64,000 bases of DNA from Saccostrea echinata (GCF_033153115.1 NW_026889808.1:744001-808000), one strand, 5' to 3'. Positions 51,201 through 63,255 are shown, counted from the stretch's first letter. Notes: generated from the letters alone by a model not told the origin. Made by a program: numbers and translations.

Positions 51201-51480
51201 GACGATGGAAATCTTTTTTTTTCTTACAGACGAGTTTGGATACGAATTAGAGGTTATGGGTGATATGCATCCATATCAAACCGGAAGTGAACCGTTCAAC
51301 TCTCCTGTCTCTCCCAGTCACCTTCATGGAGACTTTCGTCATGGTGACATTGACACAGAAACATTTCCCAAACAGCACGGATGCCCCCCACCTGGATACG
51401 ACGAGACCGTCCCCCCGATGTCTCCCCCGCCAACTTACAAGGAGAGAGAAGATACTGTAATATCGGAAGAACGTTATTGA
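48213..51480 (+). CDS. Shisa-like / CYYR1-WBP1-type six-Cys single-pass membrane protein (about 187 aa). Exons 48213-48276, 49556-49676, 49826-49953, 51230-51480.
   Basis: Signal peptide MGLWPCRFCLVQLIFLLAYFEG; ectodomain C-x15-C-x3-CC-x7-CC (CKTF..YCSVGCCGSERSRKCC); TM TGAIVGGVVGALVFFLIVSVMMFICW; Pro-rich tail with PPxY motifs PPPGY and PPPTY. Phases 1,2,1 are consistent. Intron 1 contains an assembly gap. Confidence 0.8.
50250..50451. mobile_element. Tc1/mariner-type MITE
   Basis: ctgtagatcact..tcgcga repeats..agtgatttacgg|ta. Confidence 0.6.
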
Positions 51481-52441
51481 TTCTGTGTGGGATTTGGGTT
51501 TATGGAGGGCATTCTGGGACTTAATGAAACTTTTGCACTAAAAACTGATTGATTAAGTCCCCTCTAGGGAATCAAGAGGTTCTTTAAAGGGCAATATTTA
51601 TTAAAATTTTGGGGGAAATTGTGACAGAATTTTTATTCTGCTCTAAATCAAAATTATCTGAACATGATAATGATATATTAAGTAAACACGACCGTGTATA
51701 TTATGATATTAAATGAAAATATACTGACTGCGTATCCGTAATTCTAGAGTGAATGGTACTTAGGGTTCACCGATGAAAAATCATTTTGCTCTTTAGTAAA
51801 ATCACTCAAATATTAATACCTCCCTTGTCAGTTATGTATTACTTAAATACATTTTATTTGTATTGCTTGTGTATGAAAAACGTATAAATATATAAAAACA
51901 TTTGGTATAGTCTTTTGTGAGTTTGTTTTGTGATGAAAGCACGGAAGGGACACCTCTGATTGGTGTGTTTTAATGATGATTTTTTTTAAATCAGTTTTTA
52001 GTTATATACTTTTAACATTCCAGTCAATGGAAGTGAATTTGATTTACGGTATATCCTAATCTATATATACTAAATTAAAAAAAAAAAAAAAACTTCAAAG
52101 AAATCCCCACAAAGATACACTGCAGACTCCAATTAATGTAGAACTACAAATTAAGCCTCTATCTGAACTCGATCCTCGCGGCAACGAGTTATAATTCAAG
52201 AAGTGAACTCAAAATAACATTCAGGAAATTGAAATTATAAAATGTTACCAACATCAAAACGTATGAAAGTTGAAAAGATGTATTGTACATTATACTAGCT
52301 ATTCTTGTTTAAAGTTTTTTCCCTCATCCCTAGGCCTGTTTTACCGAACTTGTTGAATATTAAATAAAATACTTATAGATTTTGGTCCTTATTTATCGAA
52401 ATTAAGTAAACATGAGAATTTTCTACACTTTATAAAACCAT

Positions 52442-52476
52442 CAGAGACCTATATACTATTAGTATATAGGTCCCTG
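52442..52476. mobile_element. 35-bp palindromic mini-insertion flanked by a direct repeat
   Basis: ataaaaccat|cagagacctatatacta-t-tagtatataggtccctg|ataaaaccat. Confidence 0.7.
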
Positions 52477-52877
52477 ATAAAACCATTTCTCAAAGATACT
52501 TACTGACGTCATGGACAACAGCTTTTTAAAGAATATTCCAATAAAAACAAGAAAAATTTAACTCAACAGTTTTCATATATAAAAAAAAAATCCTGTTCCA
52601 CTCCACTCGTGAAATAAATTCCATATCCAACTACAAAACATTGAATATCCTCTATATTCATATTCTGCTAGATGCACACGCTATGATTTTGAATGAAACA
52701 AAAGGAGTTAAATCTACTTGGAATTTGTCTTTTCTTTCCCAGAAAAAAAAGAAACACTCTGTAAACACCTTTATAAAGAAGAAAATCCAACATCACGAAA
52801 CAAATCTGAAAGGATTAGCAAACGCATTAAACTGGTGGCCTTTTGTCAACATTGAGTACCAGTTCACAGAAATAAAC

Positions 52878-55800
52878 ATGGCGGGTGACAACACCACCAC
52901 CGGTTTGGAAAACTATTTGCACATCATTTTCCCACAACCATGCTATGATGAGTATTTTGTGAAATTTAATTTCTTTCACGGTACGACTTTTATTTTATTC
53001 TAAACAGATTTAAACGAAATTATTCTTGGTTTAGTCACAAAAGAAAAAAAAAACAACTGTGATCAAAGTCCTCTTTACTCGAATTTCCTCGAGCCATTTC
53101 TTATGAGTATACAAACAATCGACTGATGGACATTAACACTGTCAGAGTTCAAAATTGTGTGATATTAAATAAAGATCCCTCAGTCCAGATATATTGCATA
53201 GATTTTTTAAACTGATCTTAATCATCATCATCATTTATTTGTTATCATATGTCATCATACATAAAACAAATACACATAAATATACATAATCATTTGAAAG
53301 ACAATATTTGAGAATCCATAAATTTTAAATAGATTTATAAAAAGATATTCAGGAAACCATATTTTAGATAGTGACTAGTTGATACCAGGATAACCCATTA
53401 AAGCTGGAGAGCTTATTTCCAATGGGGTCCTACCCTAAATAAGATAAAAATACAATGTTTCATCATTAAAGCACTATAACAATTTTTGGCACTATAATTT
53501 TAGCACTGCATTGCTTAAACGTTAAATTTAATTTAAGTATGACAACATATAGGATCAATAAAATAATACAATATGTTTTATAAGTTAATGCTGAAACATA
53601 TCACTTTCATGTTCTAAAATGCCGTTTTGTAAGATAAAACTCTTAACTTGTTTCTTAAAAGTACTCTTTCCTTTAGTACATGATCAAACAGTTAATGAGA
53701 TCAAACAGGTCCGGCACAATCTCTTGATTTAGCTATATAGCTTGATTTAGCTATGTAGCTTGATTTTGCTATATAGCTTTATTAAGCTATTCAGAATAGC
53801 TTGATTTAGCTATTTTATCACACGTTTCTCGTAAATGTGTTATTTTCTCAGCATGCACAAAAAGTCGCAACTTGGTGCAGTGATGATATTCAACCTTGAA
53901 CTCTTCTGAAAATATTGCATGTAAAAATTACTTAATAAATTGCATCTCCTTATTAATAAGAGACTTTGCACTCATAGTTCTAAAATTTTTGGGGCTATAT
54001 AAAGCAATTGATACAGTTACTTCTTCATTGAAATTATAAAAGAGGCCAATTATGGTCAACAAGATAATTGATTGATAATAATTCAGTACAATGAGAAGCA
54101 ATCATACTTATCCACGCCTCAACGCACACAAGGTGGTGTACAGTCACTCAAACAATGGAAATTCATCTTTTGCTTAAAAGTATTCAAATGCTGCAATGTT
54201 AGAACTATCTTTGATTTCGGTTGTTGTTTTGATAGCCCATAGTATATACTGGTAACTCTTGATGGCTCGAACTTCGATCTCTCGAAGTTCTTGATCGCTT
54301 GAAGTGAGTCTCCAGTCCCGAATTTTCCCCCTATATAACTAAGCGAATTTACTCTTGATTTCTCAAACTCTTGATCTCTCGAAACCCTTGATCCCTCGAA
54401 GTCAAAATGCAGTCCCGCTATGCATATTCTATTAGAATTTACTCTCGATACCTCGAAGCGGCTATGTGACTGTACACAGGGTTATATAATTAGCACCTTT
54501 ACCAGGACATTTAAATGGCCCCAGGCAGAAGACGCAGGTCGAGGAACGGGATGTTTATTCAGGTGACACATGCTGCAAGGTGATAACTGATTTATAATTA
54601 ATCATATTTTGCCTATATGCTATTAAAATAATTATCATCGACTGTCTTGCGATAATTTAGAGACGCAGTGTCAGTGAAAAGTAGTAATTGATTAAAAGAC
54701 GAAACACTAATTTAATTTTAATTTCGAGTCGGTACCAAAGTTAAACAAAATATGAAAAAAGCAGAAACAGCCTTAATGTCAATATGACGACTGCTATTGG
54801 ACAAATACTTGCAGAACTGCATTCAATGGTCATGTTTGGAATAGTCAATGCTATGTACAATGCTGTAAAATATCATTTTCATGTAATGAATGCGTAGTAT
54901 GATGTCCGTATTATAAAGATTAAATAAATATACATGAAATGACAATATACATTGTTGCTTTACTCAGTTTAATGAAATATTCATCTAAATTACGAAAAAA
55001 TATCATTGTTTTATAAAAACCACATGTAAAAGGTTAGCACTGCATGAAAATCATTACATCTGGTAAGACTAATTTTAAAACCTGTCAACAAACCCGGAAA
55101 ATTCCGTACTCTTGAAAACTCAAACTCTTGATCTCTCGAAGTTTTTCCTCGGTCCCGCAGACTTTGAGGTATCGAGAGTTTCCTGTATATGAATAGTCAA
55201 ATACTTGTGACTTTTTGTCTATTTCTTAAAAACATTTTTCTGAAAAACTGCTCATAAATAGCTTTATCAAGCTATTTTGAATAGCTTAATAAAGTTACAA
55301 AGCTTTTTCAAGCTATATAGCTAAATCAAGAGATTGTGCTGGACCTGTCAAAGGCTTCAAAAATTAGGTCAAAGGTATCGAATCTCAAAGATGGGACTTA
55401 GGATACATGTACTTTTTCCTAATATTGGATGATGTAAAAGAATATCTTGTCAATATTTAAAGCACATGTTTATGCATAAGAGTGCATTTTAATATGTAAT
55501 AATAGTTTTCTTTCTTTTTTCAGCTCAGTGTTTCAACATAGTACTTAGCAAAGCCTTGGGATACAGTATTATCTTAGGAGCTGTTATGGGTATGTATAAG
55601 CCTTGGGATACAGTATTATCTTAGGAGCTGTTATGGGTATGTATATAACCATCCAGTCCAGAGATAAATTTTATGTGTCCTTGGAAATCACATACTAATT
55701 TGTCTAGGGACACATAATTTCAATCAATGTGCATCCCAATGGACGCAGCAAAATTCAGGAGGTGTATGTATTGTTTTTAGCTCCAAACAGTTGATTGCAT

Positions 55801-58800
55801 CATATCCACATGCTGAGCGATATGCATGAACCATTTTGTAAAAATTGTTTAAGGCTAGTCTACCTACCAGCAATAGGCCGGATGTTGCACCTTGCTATTA
55901 TAACAGTTAATGGGCAATTATCATGAATATCAGGGAACATCTACAAATGTATTAAATTGTTTTTGTATTCAACATACCTGCATGATTATAATAAACAAAA
56001 TTATTTTTTTTTATAATTAAAAAAAAAACAAAAAATGGTATACGTAAATTTTTATGTCTACAAAGTTTTTGAAAATTTGTCCTTGGTATGCAGTGTTTTT
56101 AAATATATTTCTTAATTACTTTCAGTGAAACTTCCCCAGATTGTGAAGATTCTGAAGGCGGGGAGCGGGGAGGGAATCAGTCTGGCCGCAGTCCTGTGTG
56201 AACTCTTTGCCATATCAGCCACAACAACATATGCATTTGCCATGAGCTTCCCATTCAGGTGTGAATAGACTGTGAGTCTGTCTCAAACTAACCAGCCATT
56301 AAAGATTCTTATTTAAGTGTGAATAGACTGTGAGTCTTCTCAAACTCACTAGCCATTTAAGATTCTCATTTAGGTGTGAATAGACTGTGAGTCTGTCTTA
56401 AACTCACCAGCCATTTAAGCTTCCCATTCAGGTGTGAAAAGACTGTGAGTCTGTCTCAAACTCGCTAGCTATTCCATTTAAGCTTCCCATTCAAGTTTGA
56501 AAAGACTTTGAGTCTGTCTCAAACTCTAGCTATTTAAGATTCTCATTTAAGTGTGAATAGACTGTGAGTCTGTCTCAAACTCTCCAGACATTTGATATAA
56601 GCTAATGTGTGAATGAATTACGAGCCTGTCTCAAGCTCAACAATTATTATTTATTTAAGAGCTTTCAATTTAGCATTTGTTTAGGTGAGAAATATAGGCT
56701 GTGCGTATGTCATAAAATCATTACTGTAAGTTCCTAATTATCAGGATGATTTATTATTGCATCATTTTGTGAAAAGTATTGGCTTTTATTTTTAGATAAC
56801 TTATAAACACATATTAAAATGTTCTCACCATTTGACAAGTTCCATTCCAGAAATTAAGTGTTTGCATAAAATAAGAAATCTAAAGTAACATTAATAAGAA
56901 ACTTCTTTTTGTCTCTGCCTGCTGTTGATATAAAATTTTGTATTTGTGTTAAAAAGCTGAGGTTAGCTTCGTGGCCTATGCATGGAGAAAGCCTTTGCTT
57001 GTTAATGTCTCTATCTCAATTTTTCAGTGCTTATGGTGAGGGTCTGTTCCTGACAATACAGACCAGTACTATTGCCTTTCTGATCCTCTTCCTGGGTAGT
57101 AATGCTGCGGGGGCTTTCCTGTTTGGAGCCTCCTATATAGGAATCATGGCTTATCTGCTGTCAGGGCTGTGTCCACTGCCAATATTAGGGGCTTTACAGA
57201 GTATAAATATACCAATAGTTATACTAAGCAAGGTAAGTTTGTAAGTACATTTAAAGTTTGTAAGTACATTAAAATAGAGTCCCTTTCTTTTAGCTTTATA
57301 ATGACTCTAAAAAGATAAAATCAATTTTTTTTTTTTTCATTTTTTTTTTGGTAATTTGACCATTTCTTTTTTTGTAACAGAGTGATTTCTGAGGTACATC
57401 TTCATTTTTAGCTCACCTCAACGAAGTTGGGGTAGCTTATGTAATACCCTTGGCGTCGGTGTCAGCTTAGGCATCCCAGGTTAAGGTTTTTGGAGCAGTT
57501 TTCTTTTCAAGTACTTCTATGGCCTATATTAGTCAGAGATGCATGGAGGATGCTTCTAGTGTGCTTCATTGTACCAGTCAAGGTTTCAGATGCTGCAATT
57601 TCAGCTAAAGAATGACCAGGTTAATGTTTTTGGAGCAGGTTAAAGTTTTTGGAGCAGGTCTCATTTCCAAGTAACTATAAGCCCTATATTGACCAAACTT
57701 GCATGGATGATACATCTAAGGATGCACACTACTGAACTTGCTTTGGATGCTGAATCTGACCTTTATTTTCTGGATGAGTGACCAGGTTAAAGTTTTTGGA
57801 GCAGATGTCATTTCCAAGTATGTATAAACCCTATATTGAACAAACTTGCATGGATGATACATCTAAGGTTTCACACTACTGGACTTGCTTCAGATGCTGG
57901 ATATGACCTACATTTTCTGGATGAGTGACTAGGTTAAAGTTTTTGGAGTAGATCTCATTTCCAAGTAACTATAAGCCCTATATTGACCAAACTTGCATGG
58001 ATGATACATGTACATCTAAGGATGCACACTATTGGACTTGCTTCGGATCCTGGATCTGACCTAAATTTTCCGGATGAGTGACCTGGTTAAAGTTTTTGGA
58101 GCAGATCTCATTTCCAAGTAACTATAAGCCCTATATTGACCAAACTTGCATGGATGATACATCTAAGGATGCACACTACTGGACTTGCTTTGGATGCTGG
58201 ATCTGACCTACATTTTCAGGATGAGTGACCAGGTTAAAGTTTTTGGAGCAGATCTCATTTCCAAGTAACTATAAGCCCTATATTGACTAAACTTGCATGG
58301 ATGATACATCTAGGGATGCACACTACTGGACTTGCTTCAGATCCTGGATCTGACCTACATTTTCCGGATGAGTGACCAGGTTAAAGTTTTTGGAGCAGAT
58401 GTCATTTCCAAGTATGTATAAACCCTATATTGACCAAACTTGCATGGATGATACATCTAAGGATTTACACTACTGGACTTGCTTTGGATGATCTGACCTA
58501 CATTTTCTGGATGAGTAACCAGGTTAAAGTTTTTGGAGCAGATCTCATTTCCAAGTAACTATAAGCCCTATCTGAACCAGACTTGCTAGGATTTTGCATC
58601 AAGGGATGAACAATCTCAAACTTGCTTTGGATGCTGGATTTGACTTACATTTTCTGGATGAGTGACTAGTTCTAAGTTTTCAGTTTTCAGATAAGTCTAT
58701 TCCCAAGTAACTGCAAGCCCTATCAGACCAAAATTGCATAAGTGTTGCATCTAGGGATGCACACTCCAAGGTTATTAGTTTAGTGTGGGACTTTGCCTTA

Positions 58801-59340
58801 CTTAAAGACAACATTCGTTGAGGTGAGCTCTGTAATCTCTTATTACCTTTGTTTAGGATTAATTGTCCCTCCGTTCACTCATAAATAATTTTCCTTCAAT
58901 ACTTATGGTATTTCAAAAGAAATCTAATTGGTAATTAAGAAATTTTGACAAAAGTATTTTGCAAATATGTTGACAGATATGATATTTTAACTGGACAATT
59001 TCATTTAAGGAATAATAATCATTTATCCCAGATAGAGTTATCTCCCTTATCAACAGGTCAGTGATCCTTAAGTCAAACAGTTGTGTTATGTATTGATTTA
59101 ATGACATTCTCCTTACAGATGCTGCAGGCTGTGACTAATTTCCGGAATGGCGGGACGGGTCAGCTGTCTGTGGTGACGGTCTTCCTGTTGTTTGCGGGGT
59201 CGCTGGCCCGAGTCTTTACGTCCATCCAGGAGACTGGGGACACGCTCATTATCGTCACCTTTATTGTATCAACAGTCTTCAATGGCCTTATATTTGCTCA
59301 GATTTTATATTACTGGAATGCCAAACCTAAGAAGGACTAA
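52878..59340 (+). CDS. MPDU1: Mannose-P-dolichol utilization defect 1 (PQ-loop protein, about 242 aa). Exons 52878-52980, 55524-55589, 56126-56258, 57028-57232, 59119-59340.
   Basis: [98 protein letters not shown]; C-terminal KxKxx-type ER signal (KPKKD). Confidence 0.93.
53706..55347. mobile_element. Non-autonomous TIR element with CAGGT ends and 5-bp TSD TCAAA in MPDU1 intron 1
   Basis: tcaaa|caggtccggcacaatctcttgatttagctatatagc ... gctatatagctaaatcaagagattgtgctggacctg|tcaaa; 18-bp subterminal repeats. Confidence 0.85.
54249..55185. mobile_element. TA-flanked mariner-like MITE nested in the 53706-55347 element
   Basis: ta|ctggtaactcttgatggctcgaa ... tcgagagtttcctg|ta; repeated ctcttgatctctcgaa. 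Confidence 0.65.
55551..55644 (+). repeat. Perfect 47-bp tandem duplication spanning the MPDU1 exon 2 donor
   Basis: aagccttgggatacagtattatcttaggagctgttatgg|gtatgtat, two copies. Confidence 0.95.
56245..56640 (+). repeat. ~58-bp minisatellite (6-7 copies) whose first copy spans the MPDU1 exon 3 donor
   Basis: Unit agcttcccattcag|gtgtgaatagactgtgagtctgtctcaaact(a/c)accagccattta. Confidence 0.95.
57406..58853 (+). mobile_element. Helentron/HINE-like element with 147-bp monomers in MPDU1 intron 4
   Basis: ttttagctcacctcaacgaagttggggtagc.. at one end, cgttgaggtgagct..ttgttt at the other; about 7 monomers ggttaaagtttttggagcag..gatgagtgacc. Confidence 0.8.
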
Positions 59341-60591
59341 AATACAAATCATTCCATTTGTAAAATAAAGCCATATGAAAGAAAATTAGTCCAGGGAATT
59401 TTCACAGGAGAACTATTTTGTTTAGTTTTTGAGTTAGTGGGTCCATTCTGTGTTTTTTTAGAAAGTAAATTTTGTTTTTAGATTTTATTTTAAAATTCAT
59501 ATGTTTCATCACAGTCAGATAACTGTGGCATGTCAAAAAAAATGTAAATCATAATTGATGTTTTAAAACCTTGCTTAAACCAGACAATGTTCTGTTGTTG
59601 ATGATAATCTGTAAATAGACTGTAAAACTTTTATAGCTCAAAGGTTTATTCTTGTATCACACATGTTACAAATGATTTATTTGATATCTATATGCAATTT
59701 CTTGAACAAGATTCATGTTGATTCCATGTATGGTAAATACTGAATTGTTGAAAACAATTGTATAGTAATGTAGTAGACAAATATAACATTACAAATTCTG
59801 ATACAATATCATTGAGAGTTTTTGTACACCACAATATGACACATATAAATTAAAAAGAGAGAGAGAAATTTTTAAGTTTCACCATTAATGATGGGTATAA
59901 TTTTGACATTTGGCTACATGTAAAATATGGACACTATGACAGAAAAACAATAAATTGCTGTCATCTGCAGCTTTCTTCTAACAACTGAAAACAGTTTCTT
60001 GTGAGAACTGTACCAAATGTAACAAGCAGGCAGGGTTGATTGCCAGTGGTGAAATACCTCGGTAGAGCAGGTACTTTAAGTTCATTGCGCCCAGATTTAA
60101 ATCCAGGTCTGCTCCATCTTGTAATATCCCTTACTTTGGTGATGTTGACCACACTCTGACTTGCAAATAAAAGTCCTGTTAGGGGCTAAAGAATCTGGAT
60201 TGGCATTGGTTTGAAGACATTTTTAAATTTTTGAACTTAAACAAGTTGTTTTTAAGATAAACGTTTTTCCGTCGTATCTCATGCATTAATCTTAACTTCA
60301 TGTTAAATGTCTCAATTCTGACATTGCAAGAGTCATCCCCACACTGTTTTTCATCGTAATGTGTGTAATTTTTCAAAATAATTTGTTTTAATTAATTCTC
60401 TGACTGAAAAAGACATACAGTGTACTTAGTCTAGTATATATTGTTGTGGTATAAACTTTTTAGGAAACTACAGACTTAATTTCTTTAAAATATTACTTCA
60501 ACTGAAATTGTTTGATCATATATGTTTAGAAAAAATGTTTGTTTTCGCTTTCCCGACTGACCCTGATTTATAGTGCTGACCTCATTTATTT

Positions 60592-60763
60592 TTGACCTAT
60601 TGCTTTCCGTTTTCGTCCGTCGGCGTGCGTCGTGCGTTAACGTGAACATTTTCAGCTTCTTCTCTGAAACAGCTCAATCAATTTCAACCAATTTTGGCAC
60701 ATAGCATCTATTGGTGAAGGGGGACAAAATTTGTGCATTTCATGGTCCCTGAAGGGTGGGGCA
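60592..60763 (+). mobile_element. End of a HINE-like element (same family as 39642-43022) cut off at the RTE 3' tail
   Basis: gacctattgctttccgttttcgtccgtcggcgt matches the reverse complement of 42950-42995. Confidence 0.65.
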
Positions 60764-63255
60764 ATCATCATCATGGTTCCTTTTGATTCCTGGTGGAACA
60801 TAGGGCTTCGGCAACAGTCCTCCATCGCACTCTGTTTTGAGCAGCCTTTTTCAATTGTTTCCAGCTATGTCCACACTGTCTGATTTCCTCTTCACATGAC
60901 CTTCGCCAAGTTGTCCTGGGACGCCCAACTCACCGTTTGCCTCGGGGGGTCCACATGAGTGAGTGGCGCGTAATGTCTCCCGATGGTTTTCGGAGGGTAT
61001 GTCCAATCCACCGCCACTTTCTACGGGCTATTTGTTTAGTGATTGGGTCTTGGTTTGTTGTTTCCCACAGGTTCTTGTTGTTTATATTTTCTGGCCATCT
61101 GATGTTTAGTGTGTGGCGCAGACATCTGTTTGCGAAGGTTTGTAGTTTGTTGGAGGTGGTGTTGGTGACTCTCCATGTTTCAGACCCGTAGAGGAGCACA
61201 GACTTGACATTGGTGTTATAGATGCGAAGTTTTATGGGTGTGGACAGTGCTGTTGATTTCCACACAGGCTTGAGGGTGCTGAAGACGTGTCTCGCTTGAT
61301 TAATTCTTGCTTTTATGTCTTCATCTGTTCCACCAGTGATTGTGACAATGCTGCCTAAGTATGTAAAGAAAACTACATCTTTCAGGTTGTGCTCTCCAAG
61401 CGTAATTGGTGTTTGCTGTTTGTTGTGGAGCCGCATTGCCTCTTTCTTGTCGATGTTCACCTGTAGACCTGTCTTTGCTGCTTCCTTTGCAAGCCTATTT
61501 GTCTTGAGTTGCATATGCTCATATTTCTGGGACATAAGGCATAGATCGTCTGCAAAGTCGAGGTCTTCCAAACACTGAGTTAAAGTCCACTGGACTCCTG
61601 TCTTGCTATCTCTAGTTGTTTCCCGCATGATCCAGTCCACTACCACTAGAAAAATCATTGGTGACAGTAGACAGCCTTGTCTAACCCCTGTCTGTACCTC
61701 AAACGCTTCTGTGAGCTTTCCATTGTGGATGACTTGGCATGTAGCCTCGTCATACAATTGTTGTATGAGGTTGATAAAGGTAGGAGGCGTTCCATAATGC
61801 TGGAGTAGTTTCCAGATGACTTTTCTATCAACACTATCTAAGGCCTTTTCAAAGTCGATGAAGTTCAGATACAGTGTTGACTGCCACTCTAGTGACTGTT
61901 CGATTATTATACTTAGAGTGGCGATCTGGTCTGTACAGGACTTGTCCTTTCTAAAGCCTGCCTGTTCTGGACGAAGTCGTTCTGCTATAGTATCTTTGAG
62001 TCTTTCCAGTATTATTCTTGTCAGGATCTTGCTTGGGAGAGAGAGGAGCATGATGCCACGCCAGTTCTTGCATTGTCCCAGGTCTCCTTTCTTGGGTAGC
62101 TTCACTAAATGTCCTTTTTTCCAATCAGCTGGTACCTTCCCCTCTGACCAGATCTTCTGCAGGAGAGGTAGTAACATATCTGCTGAAGTCTTTATGTCTG
62201 CCTTAAGGGCTTCTGGAGGAATTCCATCAGGCCCAGCTGCTTTCCCACTCTTTAGTTTCTTCAGAGCCTTGATGGTCTCAGCCCTTGTGGGAGGGGCGGT
62301 GATCACTGCTAGTTCAGAGTCTGCTGGTGGTATGTTTGGTGTTGTTTCTGGTGTTGGGCGATTTAGGAGTTCTCTGAAGTGTTCTTCCCAGCGTTTTCTC
62401 TGGTCTTCATCCTTTGTTATAGCGTTGCCTTCCTTGTCTTTTACTGGCTTGGTCTGTGGTGGTCTCTTCCCAGCCAGGGTTCTTGTGATTTTGTACATGG
62501 TACTGAAGTCTCTTTTCTCTTCCGCTTCCTCAGCTTCTGTAGCTAGCTTATTATAGAAGTGTCTTTAATCTCTCCTTGCACTTTTCTTTACTTCATTGTT
62601 TAGGATAGTGTGTCTGTCTTTTAATTCTTGTTTCTTTTGTTCCTCCTCACAGCTCATAATCTGCTGTTTGAGAAGTTTTCTTTCTTCAACCAGTTTCCAT
62701 GTGTCTCCTGAAAGCCATTCCTTGTCTTGCTTTTCTCTTTTCCCTAGGATCTCTTCGCATGTGTCTTTCCAGTTGTCTTTGATGGAGTTCCAGTGTTCTT
62801 CTAGTGGTGTTACTTGACAGACGTTGTTAAGGACCTCAAATCTGTTTTTCAGTGTGATGCTAAAGGTGTCTCTTGTGCCTTTTTTCCTGAAGTCTCTGGG
62901 TGTTAAACTTGATGTGTGGTCACAGTTGTCCTTGAAGGCTTTCAACTTGACTTTAATAGTGTCTTGTACTAGGTGGTGGTCTGAAGCTACATCAGCCCCT
63001 CTTCTTGATCTTGTATCAAGGAGGCTGCGTCTCCACTTCCTTGAGATAGTAATGAAGTCTATCTGGTTCTTGGTTTTTCCATCAGGGGAGATCCAAGTCT
63101 CTTTGTGGATGTTTTTGTGCTGGTAGACACTTCCTCCTATCACAAGGTCATTGAATGCTCAAAAATCTGTGAACAGCTCTCTATTCTCATTCATGTTTCC
63201 AAGTGCCTGGATACCCATGATGAGTTCTTTCCCATAATTGTCTGAACTATCTTGG
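60764..63255 (-). mobile_element. 5'-truncated, decayed RTE-clade LINE (C-terminal half of APE endonuclease plus reverse transcriptase)
   Basis: ORFs 62565-63143 (NQIDF..RGADVASDHHLV) and 60930-62498 (KAAGPDGIP, NWRGIMLLS, EQAGFR, FIDFEKALDSV, GVRQGCLLSP, DLDFADDL, FTYLGS). In-frame stops near 63160, 62565 and 60930. The frame continues VGRPRTTW.. into a (TGA)n tail at 60764-60774. Confidence 0.92.

Noticed and set aside
60937-63126. Plus-strand ORFs up to 246 aa
   Set aside because: Antisense shadows of the RTE ORF.
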